Part shown: piece by piece, positions 42,074 to 52,107 of the stretch
Layout: every line of letters starts with the position of its first letter
How positions within the stretch are numbered: position 1 is the stretch's first letter
NCBI GenBank assembly: GCA_000002435.2
Contig: CM018789.1
Reading direction: 5' to 3' (one strand)
DNA length: 64,000 nucleotides
DNA from: Giardia intestinalis
Taxonomy: Eukaryota
The notes under the pieces: generated by a model
What the model saw: only the letters and a program-made list of their open reading frames with translations
Told to the model about the DNA's origin: nothing
The model's database searches: none
Translations under genes and position numbers: made by a program

Positions 42074-43225
42074 ATGGGCTCGGGAGACTTCTCCATTAAC
42101 GATCTAGACGTACTCAAACAGATCAAAAGCGCAAAGGAGGATAAGTTCCAGGTTGTTCTGCTAATAATCCGATACGTCATAGAGCTGGTGAAGAAGTTAG
42201 AGTTTTCTTCCGCAGAGGACATTGTGCTAAAGATGGACAGCAGAATAGCTCGTCTCCAATCCTTCCTGCCTCTTAACCTTCTCATTACCAACGTCGGCAA
42301 ACGGTGTATCGCCTGTGTAGTGGAGGTACTGCACGAGAGCGGTATTATCCAGTCCACGGTTCCACTGTTTGAGCAGCGCAAGTCTCCTGACGATTTTACT
42401 ATGTCTCCTAGGCTGCAGAGCCGCATGATAGACAGGCTCCATAGCTACGAGGAACACATTTGCAGTATACGCCTAAAGCCATGCGACCTAAATCCACGGG
42501 CATACAACACGGGGGCTTCCATGGGATACTGCTCACCAAGCGAGCTTATGGGATCCCTGACAACGCGAGCAAGCGTTAAACCGACAATGCGTGGTGCCAT
42601 GAATAGCTCAGATGACGAGTACAGAGGTATCCGCAACAAGTTCTCCCAGGGAATAATACACGGTGACATCGTGCTGGTCGTCAGTCCGGGCATCCAACTA
42701 TGTAATTACTTAACTGACCTATATGCAAGCGGGGTGGGCTTTGAGCTGGTAGTGTTGGAGAACGAGCCGCTCCGAGATGGCCTCCACGCAGCCCTCTACT
42801 TTTCAAGCCTTGGAATACCTACTTCTCTGATTGCCGATTCTGCCTTGATGATTTTCCTTCCCAAGATTGCAGTACTCTTTCTTGAGCCAGAGTTTGTCTT
42901 CAACAACGGGGCTGCAGTTGCCTCATCTGGCTCCGTTCTAGCAGCCATGGCAGCTAAAATATATAACATACCCGTTAACTGCCTCTGCGAAACCTTCCAG
43001 TTCTGCACTGCATATCCCTCTTCTCTGTCTACGTTGATATTGTCCGCCAATCCATCTGAGATACTGCCCGATGCAGATAGTTATGACACATTTAAAAAGG
43101 TAACAATAAAAGCCCCCCTTGCGGGCTATATCGAGCCAGATTGCATTGATTACTATATCACATCTGAAGGGATATTCAAGCCCAAGGCAATCTTCCAATT
43201 GCTGCAGGCCATAATGAATATTTGA
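42074..43225 (+). CDS. Translation initiation factor eIF-2B subunit family protein (IF-2B domain; beta/delta-like)
   Basis: GDIVLVVSPGIQLCNYLTDLYASGVGFELVVLENEPLRDGLHAALYFSSLGIPTSLIADSALMIFLPKIAVLFLEPEFVFNNGAAVASSGSVLAAMAAKIYNIPVNCLCETFQF is the eIF2B/MTNA-family core. AATAAAATG initiator at 42074. Confidence 0.65.
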   Translation: MGSGDFSINDLDVLKQIKSAKEDKFQVVLLIIRYVIELVKKLEFSSAEDIVLKMDSRIARLQSFLPLNLLITNVGKRCIACVVEVLHESGIIQSTVPLFEQRKSPDDFTMSPRLQSRMIDRLHSYEEHICSIRLKPCDLNPRAYNTGASMGYCSPSELMGSLTTRASVKPTMRGAMNSSDDEYRGIRNKFSQGIIHGDIVLVVSPGIQLCNYLTDLYASGVGFELVVLENEPLRDGLHAALYFSSLGIPTSLIADSALMIFLPKIAVLFLEPEFVFNNGAAVASSGSVLAAMAAKIYNIPVNCLCETFQFCTAYPSSLSTLILSANPSEILPDADSYDTFKKVTIKAPLAGYIEPDCIDYYITSEGIFKPKAIFQLLQAIMNI

Positions 43226-45593
43226 ATGCGTCAGATCTGCTTTTCATTGCATCTACCGTGCCCTTCAGGTCACGTGGGTCTAGAACGGCGTCCACTGTCT
43301 GTACGAAGTAGATCTGTTTGCTGTGATATGCGTTTACGCTTGTGCACCTGAGTATCTGCTCAATGGCCGATTCAAGGCCTAGGGCAGAGCCTGCAGGTAT
43401 ATAAAAGACTGCTACTGCAAGCGAAAAGATAGGGCAAGCCATCTGGATCCACGGGTCAGTTTTGAAGATGCAGCGCCTTGAACAGAGGAGATCCTTGAGC
43501 TTTTCCAGGGCGCTGCTTAGAAAGCTCTGCTCCTTTTTAGTGTGGTAGAGTCCTGTGCTAATAAACACCTGGGCGTAGAGGAGAGGCTCCATGTAATGAA
43601 GCTTGCTGCTTCCTATAGCATTCGTGAGTAGAGTGTTGGCATGAAAGCGGAGGTAGTGGGACTTCTGGTAACACTTATAATCTAGTACAACTATCTGCAG
43701 ATTGTAAAACGATATTGAGCTGTTCTCAGCTTCTTTGGAAATGGCCTCTTTCAAGGCATCAACTAAAGTGCTTGGGTGCGTCAGCTGGCTGCTCAATGCT
43801 ATTGATCCTTCGCCTGAATTAACAATGTCACAGCGCATTGTTCCATCAACGATACTATAGAAGTCATTTGCGTACAACGTTGCGATTTGATCATACACGG
43901 AAGTTTGAGGATTCAATGTGGCAAGTAGCTCATTGCGCTTTTGTGGCCCAGTCACGTAGCCCCAGACTTTGGGTGGTGGAGATTCACGTAGTATTACAGA
44001 AATAGTAAAGCTAAGTATACCACGGAGTTCATCAAGATACACTTTTAGTTGAGTGGGGTTTTGTGATGTATGTGAAACGCGCTTACTTAGTACTGGAAGC
44101 AGTGGGAGAGTCTGGATAGTGGACTCCTCTTGTTTCAGAAGCTTTTGGGCCAAGAAATTCTGCGCCACCAAGTAGAGAATTGACAGGAAGAGGTTTAACG
44201 TGTACTCTCCTCTTGTTCTTACTTCTAAGACGTTGGCTTGGTGTGTAGGTTGGAGGCTAAGTCCAGAAAAATATATAGATAATTGCAGAGCATCTGGAAC
44301 CAGAGGGGCTGGAACCTGGCTGTGTGTCACGTATGGATAGAAGGTAGACTTCTGCTTAAGGGACTTGATCCAATCAACCGTATCACCTCTGTGCTGCGGT
44401 GAAATCAGAATCATGAATATAGTATCGGCAGGGATAATAGAGAGTCTTTTTAAGGATCCATCAGACTCTTCTATCAGCGGCCCGAGGGCACCTACTCCTA
44501 GGAGCTCGCTCCATTGGCTCTCACTGCCTACTAGTGCTGACGGTGCATAGAAGATATAAGCAGACCAAGGTGCACATAACTTGTATGGACAGCAACATAA
44601 AAAAAGGTGCCGAAGATTTTCTGAAGTAACAGTGATTGGTAGTTTGGCAGACATGTATTTAGGAATGCACGCTATTAGATCTCTTGGAGTAAATTCGGTA
44701 CCATTTAAGAGAGAGCTGACAATGCGCTCAAATGTTGCAGGCGAGTCTAGTCTATCATTAGGTGATCTCTGAACGCTTGCCAGACAATATGCCTTCAAAC
44801 AATTGTAGTAGCACAAAAGAGTCTGATGGCCCATGGAGTCTTTGAGCCAAGGATAGTCTCTGCAAAGGGCGTCCTCAAGAGCCTCTATTTGAAGACGAAG
44901 ATGTAGTGCAACATACTGTATTAAACAGCACTGGTTAGCCCCCTTCTTACGTATTCGAGTGACTTCTGCATAACAGAATTTGTCTATATTACTAAATGCC
45001 AAAATGCATGTGGGTGATGACCAAGTATGAACGCTGTCATGCACTGTCGTTAATCTATCTTCAAGTGCACTTAAGTACATATTATGGTCAGGTTGAAGCC
45101 CAGCGCAGAGATTGACCAATAGAATGACAGTTCTTAGGCGAGAGCAAATGGAAATGCTCTCTGGTAGCTGCTGTGGATGTCCTGGGGTGTCTAGGAAAAA
45201 GACAATATACGTTGGTGATGCATTATTTCGAGACACCTTGCAATAGCTCCGCCAGGCCTCGACAAACACAGTCCGTTTAAGCCCTTGGTTGACCGTCTTG
45301 CTCATAGAAGCGTTGACAGAAGAGGCGATCCTCTGTGAAAGGTAACTAGCTAGTGTTGTCTTTCCACTTTGGTTGGGGCCCAAAATCCCAATTGTTGCCG
45401 TGCGGCCTGCTGCATAGAGTTGTAGGTTAAATTCTGAGTCTGCTCCGATAGTCCATTCCTCTCTAGCGCTGTGTAGCTCGTACCTAGAAACCTGAAGGTC
45501 GGCTGCAGGCAGATCTAGAGCCACATCCTCCTCATTAATTTGAACAAAAGAGTCGCTGGTGCTTTCTAATGTGCTGTAAGATGAGTCAGTCAT
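43176..45593 (-). CDS. Large (805 aa) divergent translation-factor-type GTPase-like protein (IF2/eIF5B-like G domain with degenerate G4)
   Basis: G1 is ILGPNQSGKTT and G3 is FFLDTPGH. The following LLVNLCAGLQPDH aligns with eIF5B LVVDIMHGLEPQT, and AFSNIDKF sits where NKxD (ALNKIDR) is expected. No clear ortholog assignment. The 3' end overlaps the eIF2B gene by 50 bp (convergent). Confidence 0.4.
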   Translation of the reverse strand: MTDSSYSTLESTSDSFVQINEEDVALDLPAADLQVSRYELHSAREEWTIGADSEFNLQLYAAGRTATIGILGPNQSGKTTLASYLSQRIASSVNASMSKTVNQGLKRTVFVEAWRSYCKVSRNNASPTYIVFFLDTPGHPQQLPESISICSRLRTVILLVNLCAGLQPDHNMYLSALEDRLTTVHDSVHTWSSPTCILAFSNIDKFCYAEVTRIRKKGANQCCLIQYVALHLRLQIEALEDALCRDYPWLKDSMGHQTLLCYYNCLKAYCLASVQRSPNDRLDSPATFERIVSSLLNGTEFTPRDLIACIPKYMSAKLPITVTSENLRHLFLCCCPYKLCAPWSAYIFYAPSALVGSESQWSELLGVGALGPLIEESDGSLKRLSIIPADTIFMILISPQHRGDTVDWIKSLKQKSTFYPYVTHSQVPAPLVPDALQLSIYFSGLSLQPTHQANVLEVRTRGEYTLNLFLSILYLVAQNFLAQKLLKQEESTIQTLPLLPVLSKRVSHTSQNPTQLKVYLDELRGILSFTISVILRESPPPKVWGYVTGPQKRNELLATLNPQTSVYDQIATLYANDFYSIVDGTMRCDIVNSGEGSIALSSQLTHPSTLVDALKEAISKEAENSSISFYNLQIVVLDYKCYQKSHYLRFHANTLLTNAIGSSKLHYMEPLLYAQVFISTGLYHTKKEQSFLSSALEKLKDLLCSRRCIFKTDPWIQMACPIFSLAVAVFYIPAGSALGLESAIEQILRCTSVNAYHSKQIYFVQTVDAVLDPRDLKGTVDAMKSRSDAFKYSLWPAAIGRLPWA

Positions 45594-45713
45594 ATTGTCC
45601 GTTATATGTTGCCTCCTTATAATTCTTCAGCTAGTAGGTTTTATTTCTTACAGACTAGTCGGCCTGGCAGACGCAGAGAAGATTAACAAGAGGAAAACCG
45701 GGGACATTTACTC

Positions 45714-48146
45714 TTAGGAGCGCTCGGGTTGAGACATGAATGCCTCAAAGATGACGCTGGCCTTTGTGCAGTCCCAAGGCCTTTTATCTGGTCGTGCCCT
45801 TAAGAGCCTAGGAAGTCTCAGGGATATCCCTTGGCCAGTTTCTGGATTAAAGCACAGGGTATGCTTCATACTCAAGCTGAGATTGGCACACTTCACCTCC
45901 CAGACCTGCGACGTCTCGGGATCGAACCACATATCTGGCTCCTTATCCAGCCGCGCCTCAATAGACGCGGGCTTCTCTTTCATGCCACATTTGACAAAGC
46001 TGTCATGAAATACGGCTAAGTCAGCATCACTAAAACCTGTCCCAAGCTGACACACGGTTTCCCACTGGTCGCACTCCTCGTTGAATGACGCTAATAGATA
46101 TGCTCCAAGAACCCCGGTACGCTTCCCAGTTCCCATCCACGCGGCAACAGGCACCAGATCAAAGCTATCGCCAACGTCTTCCAGGTAATCCTTCTTTAGC
46201 TTTAGCCAAGCATGAGATCTCTCGTCTGGCCGATACCACGAGTCTCTAGACCTGAGTATCTTCACTATGAGGCCTTCTGTTTTGTTCTGGACAGCCTCTT
46301 CCAATAGATCTTTGAGGTTGGTGTCCTGTGTGCAAGTAACTGCCCTTGCAAACTCAAATCTGCGTGGCAAGACTGCAAACGCATAGTAAAGAGCCTCTTT
46401 CCTATCTGCAAGATCAACTGATAAGTAGTCCCTGGAGTTGAGAAAAAGTATGTCGAATGCGTACATCACAATTTCTGTTCGAGTCTTCACCTCCTTCACC
46501 TGCTTTGCATCCTTCTGTGCCTTGAGGATGTCTTTTTCGCGCCGGGACAGATACTGAAATGGAAGAACAAGGCCTGTGTCGGCATTTATGGGGCAGATCT
46601 CTCCGTCTATGACAAAGTTTGCGTTCTCTCTTTCTTCAACTGTCATCCCAGCAAACAGCTTGCTCTCTTGGAACGAATTCATAACAGACTCAGAAACATC
46701 GGGAAACCGCTTGGACATGTTCTCAAGAGACCGTGAAAAGATCTGAATTTTGTTGGTAGAAGCTCGTGCATCGTAGTGCACTTGCGCCCTGAATCCATCG
46801 TATTTATATTCGGCACTGAAGGACTGCTCACAACTGATACGTTGGATGATTTCGCCGTAGCTTGTGGTCGGCCGAGCAAGCATGGATAGCACGGGGACTC
46901 CTGGCTTGATGGTCATTGAGTAGAGTGCTGCAAGCACGCCTTCTATGTTTGTCTGATTCTTGTTCCTCTCTGAGCCTTCGCCACAGTGAGCGATGATTTG
47001 GTTGAGGATAACCTCGAAGCTTGGGCACGAGCTATACGCCTTGGAGATGACTATGTGACAGTGAGTGCGTAGCTCCTTGCTATTAATGGACAGGAGGTCG
47101 CCGTGGAGACTCTCAAACTGGTCACCAATAGCCCCAATAGATACAGAATCGCTAGAGTATTCGTAGACATCACTATCATCGCTACGAGAGACATTGTCTA
47201 TATCGAGATCATCATCTTTTCTACCACTCTTGTTGCTGTGGTTATCGTCACCGGTTTTGCCCTTCTTCCCAGTCAGCTCAACAGCAGTGTCAGCTGCCTT
47301 GATGATAGGAACCCTTCCGTAACCCAGTAATGTGTCGTAAACCTCGCTGATGCGATCTTTCGTTGCAAATCCTTTAATTTTGCATAGAATTATGCAGCAC
47401 AGTAGGTCAGCAAGAGTGGACACAATGGACTTTTTCTGAATTCCAAGCCGGAACTTCCCAGCGATAAGTCGTGAGATGTATCTAGTATCTAGCGTGGTCC
47501 CGTTGTATAGTAAGTTTGAGATAATCGTCGACTTGTCATCCATCGAAGAGGCTCCGGACGTGTCTGCTATTTGTAGAAGCTTTTGGTAAACGTCGGAAAC
47601 GTTAAGGGGCCTCCGAGGAGCAAATGTAGCGCTCTGTGACTTTTTGACCTTTTCCGCCACGGCTCCTATGTCGCCATGCTTCTCTATGAGCTTCTGTATA
47701 GTTGTGGGATCAGATCCAAAGGTCTTTGAAATGACCTTACGCAAACTGATTTCGGCAAAGTTCAACACAGATGGAAGGTCGGACCATGGTTCTCTGAGTT
47801 GATTTGTAGAAAGTAAAACAGCTGGTACAATATCTTTGGTAGATTCTAAGTAGATTTGCAAGAGCATCTGAACCATTTCGCGGCTCTTCTCAAGACGCTT
47901 GGTGGTATCCTCTATCCGCTTCCAGGCCGCAGACAGAGATGCAAAAGGAAAAGAAATATCCTTTTCTACCTCCTGGCCGTTGCTTGCAACTATATTACTA
48001 GTACTCATCTGTGAGGAAGTGCCAAGATCTGCCTTAGTTGCTGTGGGAGTTGTAGAGGATGAAGAAGCAACGTTCTTCGCTTTCCGGGGTGGCTCGCCAT
48101 TGCTACGGCTATGTGATTGCAGAAATGCATCAATAGAAAGCTGCAT
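45714..48146 (-). CDS. LIG1: ATP-dependent DNA ligase I
   Basis: Motif I is AEYKYDGFRAQVHYD (ligase I-type EYKYDGQRAQIH), motif IV is TEGLIVK, and an OB-fold region (DLVPVAAWMGTGKRTGVLGAYLLA) is present. ATG at 48144-48146. Confidence 0.85.
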   Translation of the reverse strand: MQLSIDAFLQSHSRSNGEPPRKAKNVASSSSTTPTATKADLGTSSQMSTSNIVASNGQEVEKDISFPFASLSAAWKRIEDTTKRLEKSREMVQMLLQIYLESTKDIVPAVLLSTNQLREPWSDLPSVLNFAEISLRKVISKTFGSDPTTIQKLIEKHGDIGAVAEKVKKSQSATFAPRRPLNVSDVYQKLLQIADTSGASSMDDKSTIISNLLYNGTTLDTRYISRLIAGKFRLGIQKKSIVSTLADLLCCIILCKIKGFATKDRISEVYDTLLGYGRVPIIKAADTAVELTGKKGKTGDDNHSNKSGRKDDDLDIDNVSRSDDSDVYEYSSDSVSIGAIGDQFESLHGDLLSINSKELRTHCHIVISKAYSSCPSFEVILNQIIAHCGEGSERNKNQTNIEGVLAALYSMTIKPGVPVLSMLARPTTSYGEIIQRISCEQSFSAEYKYDGFRAQVHYDARASTNKIQIFSRSLENMSKRFPDVSESVMNSFQESKLFAGMTVEERENANFVIDGEICPINADTGLVLPFQYLSRREKDILKAQKDAKQVKEVKTRTEIVMYAFDILFLNSRDYLSVDLADRKEALYYAFAVLPRRFEFARAVTCTQDTNLKDLLEEAVQNKTEGLIVKILRSRDSWYRPDERSHAWLKLKKDYLEDVGDSFDLVPVAAWMGTGKRTGVLGAYLLASFNEECDQWETVCQLGTGFSDADLAVFHDSFVKCGMKEKPASIEARLDKEPDMWFDPETSQVWEVKCANLSLSMKHTLCFNPETGQGISLRLPRLLRARPDKRPWDCTKASVIFEAFMSQPERS

Positions 48147-48151
48147 TGGGG

Positions 48152-51100
48152 CTACGCACGTATAGACAGAAGCTTGATTACGCCGATAACTTTTTTAGTT
48201 GCTTCATCAAGGTCGCTTATATCGACGTCGCTCGGAGTCACCAGTACCACCTGCACAGAGGTTTGAAGGATGGCGTCCAGCATTAGTTTGAAGGCCCTCT
48301 TTCGGCGGGTCGCATCCATAAATACGTCCCACTCATCAATCTGGGCGTATCGCGTTTTTATTACAAGCCAGCATGAGACCATAAAGCATAGGGATATGAA
48401 CGTGCTTTCACCTCCGCTGAGGCTTGTCGCTCCACGCGTAGTCGATCGGATATCAATAGATCCTTTGGATGAAGCGATTGTCGTAATCGGTTGTTGATTG
48501 GCATCGTCGGAGGTCTCATCTACATTGACGTGTGATCTGCTTGGTGGTTCTACACTCCACGAGGCATGTAGTTGAGCACCACATATGTCGTAGTATCTAT
48601 CTGTGACTTGCTTGTCAATGAGCTCGAGCAGTTTAGGGGAGACAACGGGGAGCGCAGGGAACTGGAAGTACAATCGCTGGTTAATACCAGTGATCTCAGA
48701 CGTCTGCATAAAATGAAAGCTTATGTCATGCTCTGCGTATGAGCGAATAGATGTCAATTTGATTAATTGCCGCACAGCAATCTCCCCAAGTGAGGATATC
48801 TCCTGCAATATAGCAGTGTACTCTTTGGTCTGCGCTCGGATTTCATCCTCTATCCTCAATAGATGCTGCTTTTCTGCCTCTATGTCGCCATTGAATTCCT
48901 GTGCCAATTCATGCTTCTTCTCCTCTATTCGCTGGATCTCTTCAGACACAGCAGATAGTAAGTTATTTATGTTAATGAGAAGTTGCTCATTGTCTTCATA
49001 AGAGCTATCAGGAATGCTCTTTATATCTTTGGCATCTTGTCCTTCGGCAAAGATGGAGTAATCTGCAAGGAAATCTACCAAGAGAAACGCTAAGCGGGTG
49101 ACAGGATTGTAATAAGAGGAATCGATGTTCTCGTTTGCACACAATATCGCATATAGCTCCCGGAACGGTGAATGGTTTTGGTCCACCACATGCTCTGCAG
49201 AGCTCAAACCGTTGTCAATTGGAGGATTACATGGCTGTGCTCCTCTCAGTGACAGTGACTCAGAAAAAACAGTAGCCTGCCTTTCTCTGTACTCAGGTAC
49301 CAAATTGGACAAATTCTCAAATACTTCTAGAAATGTTTGCAAGTCGTTCAAAGTAGCGCTCTGAGCTGAGGTCAAGAAAGCCCTCAGTGTCTTGACTTTC
49401 GCTTTGCATGTAGTAATAGCATTTTCGGTTTGACTTATCTGCTTGTCCAAGTCTTCGGCCTGTATACTCTCCCTGTGAGCAATCTTCTCTGAGAGCCTGT
49501 CTTCTAGCACAACTACGTCAGCCTCGCACTTATCATATGTCTTTTGTTGTTGTTCAACTATGTCCTGCTTATTTTTAAGAGAGGCATTTGATCTTTCTAG
49601 ATCACTTGTCATCTCGGCTAGCTTGCTTTCCAGGGTTGCGAGTTTCAACCCAGACGATTCTACGATTGCACGAGAGCGCTCCAATTGTCTTCTCGCACTT
49701 TGCATCTCTCGTTGCTGTGCGTTATAGCATTCAACACTTTGTGCATACTGCTGCTTGAGGTGAATTAATCTACTATTATTGGCCTCCATTGTCTGCAGGA
49801 CTCGGGCCGCTTCTGCGGAAATGGATTCCAACTCTGCTTGAAGCTCGCTCTTCTTCAGAGTTTCCTGGGCCTCTATTACGCTCAGTTTGGCCACTGAATA
49901 ATTGGACTCAAACTCGGCCTTTGCCATCTCATAAGCGCGCTGCTGGCGTTGAATCTCTGATTGTAGGTTTGATTGGTTGGTGGTAGCTGAATAAAGACTC
50001 TGGGCCTTGATTGACCCTTGATTACTATATGCTGGTTTCATAATAACGCTATTTTTGGCGCCGATAAACATGATGCATTCTCTGTCCTTAGGAAGGCATT
50101 GAAAAGACACATGCAGCTTCTTTCCTACCTCCAAGACAGTGCGTGCGACCTCGAGGGTCTCGCAGATGACTAATCTGGATAGTTGGACCTTTAGCTGGAG
50201 GACTTCTAGAGCGAAGGGAGAAGAATTACCAAGGCACTGCATCACAGACAGGACCTTATCTCTATAGACTGGACCCAGCTCATGAACAAGCATGTTGTAC
50301 TCATCCATGGTAGGAATGGTCGACCTCAAGAGATTCATAAGCTGTATGCTTCGGCCTAAAATATTTCTGAGCCTATGCTCGTCATTCTTATCCCTATATG
50401 CTATTGTATTTAAAAGGCTTGGGCCTATAACACGTCTGATTATTGGTGCAAAAGCTGATGACGACTCCTTTACCCATATATATGCCGCAAGCGGGGCTAC
50501 CACACCACCCGAAAAGGACTCTGCTTTGACTTTAGTATAAATTTGATAGTTTGCTGGGTACAACGAGCTGATGCATTTCTCTGGCGCGGTAGTGCCAGAG
50601 GCCTCCAACTCTAGCTGTCGTTGCAAATAGTTCAATTGGTTTTTTGCGTTCTCGCACTTTTGGCGAGCTTCTGCCTCCCTGTCTTGTCTCCACTCTCTCT
50701 GCTTGAATACGCTCAATAGTGCAGACTCCAGTTTGCTCTTTTGCGTCTGCAGTTGCATCAGCTTCAGTTGCAAAGAGTGCTCCTCTGCTTCTAACCTCTT
50801 GTGTTCTTCGCTCTTCTCCGGAGGGGCAAGACACTCCTGCGCATCTGCTACCTTGCTGAGAAACTCAGTGTGCTGGGCAATTTCCTTCTTTAGCAATGCC
50901 GCGTCTTCATGTCCAGTCTTCATCATGCTCTCCAGGGTATTAATGTGTCTTGCAGTTGCTTCTAACTCACTCTTCTGTGCAGTTAATTCATCAACGAGAT
51001 CCATCAACTGCTTCTTGCCTTCGTCTAAATGCACAGTTAGCTCATCTATTTCTATATTGCAACGCTTTAGATATGGCTCTAGATTTGCTTTTGCATCCTG

Positions 51101-52069
51101 CTGGCGTTCATATTCGGCAAAGAGCTGCGCAAGCTCCCTCTTCTCTGCTTGTTCAACATCGAGTCGGTGATTTTGGACATGCACCCGGTGTTTCTGAATG
51201 GATAAAGCGACCTTCTTCAGGCCCACCTTATTGAGATTTACGTCTGCCTCATGGTATTCCTTCATTGCCTTGATTCTTCTTCCAACGCGCTTTCTATCCT
51301 GCATAAGATGCTTGAGGCCTCCTGCTATGCGCCTGCTACCTGCGATGGAGTTTTCCAAAGAGAGCTGAGAGTTTGCTAGATTCGCTTCTATCTCATCAAA
51401 AGACATGGCCGTGCTGAAGATCTTGTATCGATCAACTGGCTTCATGCGCACAAGGACCTTCATTCTCGATTGAGAGACCATCGTGATCTCATTGTCTGGA
51501 AAGTGGCCCATGTCAACCAGGATAGAGTGGGCCCGCTCGAAGGATATTCGCTCAAATTGGGGAGTGGATTTGGTGCTGGGGGGAAAGCTTGTACACAAAA
51601 AAAAATTGGTGACTTCGTTTGTGACCGTCCGCTTCAATCCAATAATCGGCCCAGAAAATTCAGAGCCCCCTTCATAATAGAAGTAGGCAATCACAGAACA
51701 TTGTGTAGTTTGTACATTTGTACTTGTGTCTTTTAGGCAAACTACTGTTTTTAAATTCGAAAATCTCTCGCAGTTATCACGGATATTTTTTGCCTTTCCA
51801 CCTAGGACAAAGTGGATGGCCTGGAGGATGGACGACTTCCCCGCACCGTTTGGGCCATGAATAAGAGATACCGGGCATTCAAAGTCCACCACCTTGTCTC
51901 TATGTGTAAGGAAGTTCGTTATGTGCAGCCGAAGAATGTATCCTGTTCTAGTATACATCACTGGGTGCCTCGGAACATTGAATATGTCAGCGACTGTTTT
52001 ATTTGGATGACGCGCCAGGGCTGCAATTTCGTCTGGAAGAGTAGCATTAAGATTGTCCTGGTGGTTCAT
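48152..52069 (-). CDS. SMC6: SMC5/6-complex SMC protein, SMC6-like
   Basis: N-terminal Walker A is LIHGPNGAGKSSILQAIHFVLGG. About 900 aa of coiled coil with a central hinge follow. The C-terminal signature plus Walker B, LSGGESTFISLCFMVSCWLV...IDEWDVFMDATRRK, matches SMC6 (LSGGERSFSTVCFILSLW...LDEFDVYMD) better than SMC5 or RAD50. The stop codon lies only 5 nt from the LIG1 ATG. Confidence 0.7.
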   Translation of the reverse strand: MNHQDNLNATLPDEIAALARHPNKTVADIFNVPRHPVMYTRTGYILRLHITNFLTHRDKVVDFECPVSLIHGPNGAGKSSILQAIHFVLGGKAKNIRDNCERFSNLKTVVCLKDTSTNVQTTQCSVIAYFYYEGGSEFSGPIIGLKRTVTNEVTNFFLCTSFPPSTKSTPQFERISFERAHSILVDMGHFPDNEITMVSQSRMKVLVRMKPVDRYKIFSTAMSFDEIEANLANSQLSLENSIAGSRRIAGGLKHLMQDRKRVGRRIKAMKEYHEADVNLNKVGLKKVALSIQKHRVHVQNHRLDVEQAEKRELAQLFAEYERQQDAKANLEPYLKRCNIEIDELTVHLDEGKKQLMDLVDELTAQKSELEATARHINTLESMMKTGHEDAALLKKEIAQHTEFLSKVADAQECLAPPEKSEEHKRLEAEEHSLQLKLMQLQTQKSKLESALLSVFKQREWRQDREAEARQKCENAKNQLNYLQRQLELEASGTTAPEKCISSLYPANYQIYTKVKAESFSGGVVAPLAAYIWVKESSSAFAPIIRRVIGPSLLNTIAYRDKNDEHRLRNILGRSIQLMNLLRSTIPTMDEYNMLVHELGPVYRDKVLSVMQCLGNSSPFALEVLQLKVQLSRLVICETLEVARTVLEVGKKLHVSFQCLPKDRECIMFIGAKNSVIMKPAYSNQGSIKAQSLYSATTNQSNLQSEIQRQQRAYEMAKAEFESNYSVAKLSVIEAQETLKKSELQAELESISAEAARVLQTMEANNSRLIHLKQQYAQSVECYNAQQREMQSARRQLERSRAIVESSGLKLATLESKLAEMTSDLERSNASLKNKQDIVEQQQKTYDKCEADVVVLEDRLSEKIAHRESIQAEDLDKQISQTENAITTCKAKVKTLRAFLTSAQSATLNDLQTFLEVFENLSNLVPEYRERQATVFSESLSLRGAQPCNPPIDNGLSSAEHVVDQNHSPFRELYAILCANENIDSSYYNPVTRLAFLLVDFLADYSIFAEGQDAKDIKSIPDSSYEDNEQLLININNLLSAVSEEIQRIEEKKHELAQEFNGDIEAEKQHLLRIEDEIRAQTKEYTAILQEISSLGEIAVRQLIKLTSIRSYAEHDISFHFMQTSEITGINQRLYFQFPALPVVSPKLLELIDKQVTDRYYDICGAQLHASWSVEPPSRSHVNVDETSDDANQQPITTIASSKGSIDIRSTTRGATSLSGGESTFISLCFMVSCWLVIKTRYAQIDEWDVFMDATRRKRAFKLMLDAILQTSVQVVLVTPSDVDISDLDEATKKVIGVIKLLSIRA

Positions 52070-52107
52070 TTTGTTTAATGCAGAAGATTGGAAATCTCAC
52101 AGCATCA

